DNA from: an uncultured Actinomycetota bacterium
GTDB taxonomy: Bacteria > Actinomycetota > Actinomycetes > JACCUZ01
NCBI GenBank assembly: GCA_963784645.1
Contig: CAWARY010000005.1
Coordinates: forward strand, 178,656 to 242,655
DNA: 64,000 nt
Direction of reading: 5' to 3'
Positions 60,644-64,000 of the stretch are shown here, piece by piece. Under the pieces are notes generated by a model. It did not search any database, was not told where the DNA came from, and saw nothing but the letters and a program-made list of their open reading frames with translations. A program made the position numbers and the translations under genes. The first letter of the stretch is position 1. Every line of letters starts with the position of its first letter.

Positions 60644-62722
60644 TCAGCGGTGCGCGGCGAGGACGACGACCGTGCGGCCGGCGAGGGTAAGGTCGGCGGC
60701 GCTGTCGTGCCGGGCACCGGGGCCCGGCAGCTCGTCGGCGGTGTCGAGCAGCACGTCGTAGGCCGTGCCCCACGCCTTGCCGGGCAGCCGGACGGACACC
60801 GTCTCGGGACCGGTGTTGAGCAGGACGAGCAGCGGCACGGGCGACGAGCCGTCGGCGGCGGGCTTTCCGGACAGGTACATCCCGAGCAGCCTCAGGTCGT
60901 GGTCGAACCACTGCTCCGGTGACATCTCCTCCCCGTCGGGACCGAACCACGCCAGGTCCTTCGTGCCGTCGGCGTGGGCGGGCCGGCCGTCGAAGATCTC
61001 GTCGTGCCGCAGCACCGGGTATGCCGCACGCAGCGCCAGCAGGGCGCGCGTCCACTCGAGCTGCGCCCGCTGCCAGTCCTCGAGCTCCCACGACAGCCAG
61101 GACGTCTCGTCGTCGAGGCAGTACCCGTTGTTGTTGCCGCCCTGGGTGCGCGCGGCCTCGTCGCCGGCCGTGAGCATCGGCACGCCGGTCGAGACGAGCA
61201 GCGTCGTGAGCAGGTTGCGCATCATCCGTCGGCGCAGGGCGAGCACCCCGGCATCGTCGGTGGGACCCTCGGCGCCGCAGCCCCAGCTGTGGTTGTGGTC
61301 GGTGCCGTCGTGGTTGTCCTCGCCGTTGGCCTCGTTGTGCTTGCGGTCGTAGGAGACGACGTCGTGCAGCGTGAAGCCGTCGTGCGCGGTGACGAAGTTC
61401 ACCGACGCGAGCGGGCCGCGCGAGGAGAACAGGTCCGACGAGCCGGACAGCCGGTACGCCAGGTCCCGCACCCCGCCGGAGTGCCCGCGCGCGCCGTGCC
61501 CCGCCAACCAGGCGTCGCGGACGGTGTCGCGGTAGCGGTCGTTCCACTCGGCCCAGGGTGCGGGGAACGCGCCGAGCTGGTAGCCCCCCGGACCGACGTC
61601 CCACGGCTCGGCGACGAGCTTCACGTCCGACAGGACCGGGTCCTGCCCCAGCACCTGGAGGAACGTGCCGTCGGCCTCGAAGCCGTCGCCGCCGCGGGCC
61701 AGGGCCGGCGCGAGGTCGAAGCGGAAGCCGTCGACGTGCATCTCCTCGACCCAGTACCGGAGCGAGTCGGCGACCATCGCCAGGGTGCGGGGGTGGGTCA
61801 GGTCGAGCGTGTTCCCGCACCCGGTGACGTCGAGGTACCGGCGCCCGCCGGCGAGCCGGTAGTACGCCGCGTTGTCGAGGCCGCGCCACGACAGGGTCGG
61901 GCCGTCGGCGCCGCCCTCGGCGGTGTGGTTGTAGACGACGTCGAGCACGACCTCGAGACCGGCGGCGTGCAGCGTCCGCACCATGTCGCGGAACTCGGTG
62001 ACCTGCTGGCCGCGAGCGCCGGACGACGAGTAGCCGGCGTGCGGCGCGAAGAAGCCGAGGGTGTTGTAGCCCCAGTAGTTCGCGAGCCCGCGCCGCAGCA
62101 GCGCGGGCTCGCTGGACAGCTGCTGCACCGGCAGCAGCTCGACGGTCGTGACCCCGAGCGACACGAGGTGCTCCACGGCCGCGGGGTGGGCCAGTCCGGC
62201 GTAGCTGCCTCGCAGGTGCTCGGGAACCCCGTGGTGACGGGCGGTGAAGCCCTTGACGTGCGCCTCGTAGACGACGGTGTCGGCCCATGGCACCTGCGGA
62301 CGTCGGTCGCCCTGCCAGTCGTACCCGGGGTGGAAGACCACGGCGTGCGGCACGTACGCCGCCGAGTCGCGGTCGTCCGGGCTCCGGTCGTCGGTGCCCG
62401 GCCCGGGACCGAGCACGGCCGGGTCGAGCCGCAGACTTCCGTCGATGGCCCGGGCGTAGGGGTCGACGAGCAGCTTGGCGGGGTTGAACCGGTGGCCGTG
62501 AGCCGGGTCCCACGGCCCGTGGACGCGGTAGCCGTACCGCTGCCCCGGCCGGACGCCCGCGACGTACCCGTGCCACACGTCGTGGGTGCGCTCGGTGAGC
62601 CGGACCTGTCGCTCGCCGCCGTCGTCGTCCAGCAGGCAGAGGTCCACGGCCTCGCCCCGGCTGAACACCGCGAACGACGTCCCGTGGTCGTCGGGGTGGG
62701 CGCCGAGGCGGGGGACGAGCAC
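60644..62722 (-). CDS. glgX: Glycogen debranching enzyme
   Basis: About 692 aa from a GTG start (VLVPRLGAHPDDHGTSFAVFS...), GH13 with a CBM48 N-terminus. Confidence 0.88.
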   Translation of the reverse strand: MLVPRLGAHPDDHGTSFAVFSRGEAVDLCLLDDDGGERQVRLTERTHDVWHGYVAGVRPGQRYGYRVHGPWDPAHGHRFNPAKLLVDPYARAIDGSLRLDPAVLGPGPGTDDRSPDDRDSAAYVPHAVVFHPGYDWQGDRRPQVPWADTVVYEAHVKGFTARHHGVPEHLRGSYAGLAHPAAVEHLVSLGVTTVELLPVQQLSSEPALLRRGLANYWGYNTLGFFAPHAGYSSSGARGQQVTEFRDMVRTLHAAGLEVVLDVVYNHTAEGGADGPTLSWRGLDNAAYYRLAGGRRYLDVTGCGNTLDLTHPRTLAMVADSLRYWVEEMHVDGFRFDLAPALARGGDGFEADGTFLQVLGQDPVLSDVKLVAEPWDVGPGGYQLGAFPAPWAEWNDRYRDTVRDAWLAGHGARGHSGGVRDLAYRLSGSSDLFSSRGPLASVNFVTAHDGFTLHDVVSYDRKHNEANGEDNHDGTDHNHSWGCGAEGPTDDAGVLALRRRMMRNLLTTLLVSTGVPMLTAGDEAARTQGGNNNGYCLDDETSWLSWELEDWQRAQLEWTRALLALRAAYPVLRHDEIFDGRPAHADGTKDLAWFGPDGEEMSPEQWFDHDLRLLGMYLSGKPAADGSSPVPLLVLLNTGPETVSVRLPGKAWGTAYDVLLDTADELPGPGARHDSAADLTLAGRTVVVLAAHR

Positions 62723-62767
62723 CGGGCAACGGTAGGCGATCGCCGCGGGCTCGTTACGGTGACGCCC

Positions 62768-63550
62768 ATGACTGAGGCTCTCGTACGGCTCGAGGTGGAG
62801 GACGGGATCGGCACGATCCGCCTCGACCGCCCCCCGATGAACGCCCTCAGCGTGCAGGTCCAGGAGGAGCTGCGCGCGGCCGCCCACGAGGCCGGGGAGC
62901 GGTCCGACGTCGCGGCCGTGGTCCTGTACGGCGGCGAGAAGGTCTTCGCGGCCGGCGCGGACATCAAGGAGATGACCACGATGTCGTACGCCGACATGGT
63001 GGGCCGGTCCGGCCCGCTGCAGTCGTCGTTGACCGCCGTCGCCACGATCCCGAAGCCGGTGGTCGCCGCGATCACCGGCTACGCCCTCGGTGGCGGCTGC
63101 GAGCTCGCCTTGTGCGCCGACTTCCGGGTCGCGGGCGACAACGCCAAGCTCGGGCAGCCGGAGATCCAGCTCGGTGTCATCCCCGGTGCCGGCGGCACCC
63201 AGCGGCTGCCGCGGCTGGTCGGGCCCGCGCGGGCCAAGGACATCATCTTCAGCGGCCGCTTCGTCGACGCGCAGGAGGCGCTCGCGATCGGCCTGGTCGA
63301 CAAGGTCGTGCCGGCCGACGAGGTCTATGCCGCCGCGCGCGCGATGGTCGCGCGCTTCGTCGGCGGCCCGGCGCTCGCGCTGCGGGCCGCGAAGGCCGCG
63401 GTCGACGGCGGCCTCGAGACCGACCTCGCCACCGGTCTCGAGCTCGAGCGCCTGCAGTTCTCCAGCCTGTTCGCGACCGACGACCGCCGCATCGGCATGG
63501 AGTCGTTCGTCGCCAACGGTCCCGGCAAGGCCGAGTTCACCGGCCGGTGA
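62768..63550 (+). CDS. Enoyl-CoA hydratase/isomerase (crotonase family)
   Basis: 260 aa, MTEALVRLEVEDGIGTIRLDRPPMNAL... Confidence 0.85.
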   Translation: MTEALVRLEVEDGIGTIRLDRPPMNALSVQVQEELRAAAHEAGERSDVAAVVLYGGEKVFAAGADIKEMTTMSYADMVGRSGPLQSSLTAVATIPKPVVAAITGYALGGGCELALCADFRVAGDNAKLGQPEIQLGVIPGAGGTQRLPRLVGPARAKDIIFSGRFVDAQEALAIGLVDKVVPADEVYAAARAMVARFVGGPALALRAAKAAVDGGLETDLATGLELERLQFSSLFATDDRRIGMESFVANGPGKAEFTGR

Positions 63551-64000
63551 GCGCCGACCGCACCGCGGCGAGCAGCGACCCGGCCCCGAACCCCGAGCCC
63601 ACCGCGGCCGAGGTCGAGCGCGCGTGGCGCGACCCCAAGCTCGCGAACGTGCTCTACCACGACTGGGAGGCATCGACCTACGACGAGAAGTGGTCGATCT
63701 CCTACGACGAGCGGTGCATCGACTACGCCCGCGACCGGTTCGAGGCGATCGTGGGCCGCGACGACTCCGCGAGCTGGCCCTACGCCGACGCCCTCGAGCT
63801 CGGCAGCGGCACCGGCTTCTTCCTGCTCAACCTCATGCAGGCCGGCGTGGCGGCCACGGGCCACGTGACCGACCTGTCGCCGGGCATGGTCGAGGCCGCG
63901 GTGCGCAACGGAGCCGCCCTCGGCCTCGACGTCGACGGCCGGGTGGCCGACGCCGAGTCGATCCCGTACGGCGACGAGTCGTTCGACCTCGTGGTCGGCC
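63547..64000 (+). CDS. Class I SAM-dependent methyltransferase (3' partial at window edge)
   Basis: GTG overlaps the preceding stop. ...LELGSGTGFFLLNL is a SAM motif I. Confidence 0.55.
   Translation, partial: MSADRTAASSDPAPNPEPTAAEVERAWRDPKLANVLYHDWEASTYDEKWSISYDERCIDYARDRFEAIVGRDDSASWPYADALELGSGTGFFLLNLMQAGVAATGHVTDLSPGMVEAAVRNGAALGLDVDGRVADAESIPYGDESFDLVVG

Overview
This is a 64 kb high-GC (about 70-73 %) actinobacterial chromosomal segment, densely packed with core-metabolism genes. I found no rRNA, tRNA, CRISPR array, transposase or integrase. The 5' end carries the tail of the F1 ATP synthase operon (atpA, 3' fragment; atpG, atpD, atpC), followed by a DUF2550 gene. Next come a PduO-type cob(I)alamin adenosyltransferase on the minus strand and murA. 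This gene order matches the Mycobacterium tuberculosis Rv1308-Rv1315 region. The middle of the window holds acyl-CoA metabolism genes (3-hydroxyacyl-CoA dehydrogenases and a B12-fused ethylmalonyl/methylmalonyl-CoA mutase family enzyme), nucS and two MFS exporters. It also holds an ABC-2 exporter with a secreted partner, an OmpR-family two-component system and a cell-envelope glycosylation-like operon (GT2, DUF2064, methyltransferase). A 13E12-family DUF222/HNH gene, a DivIVA plus coiled-coil pair, an ECF sigma/anti-sigma pair and an orphan IcmA-like mutase subunit follow. A second acyl-CoA block carries ccr, mce, a thiolase and meaB. The 3' third is the complete GlgE alpha-glucan pathway cluster (glgB, mak, treS, glgE) with glgP and glgX.

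The unexplained structure lies in the intergenic DNA:
- Two families of long palindromic repeat elements occur in the window (three and two copies).
- A roughly 100 bp composite direct repeat joins one palindrome to the leader of the 13E12/HNH gene.
- That repeat brackets a low-GC, frameshifted tautomerase gene.
- An 80 bp nested cruciform followed by a G-run tract sits between convergent genes.
- A 10 bp-phased GTCACA array lies upstream of an anti-sigma-antagonist gene.
- An unannotated 23-codon hydrophobic peptide gene has a good ribosome-binding site.

Some coordinates may be off by 1-3 nt, because my hand position counting disagreed by one base with the ORF track at some sites.
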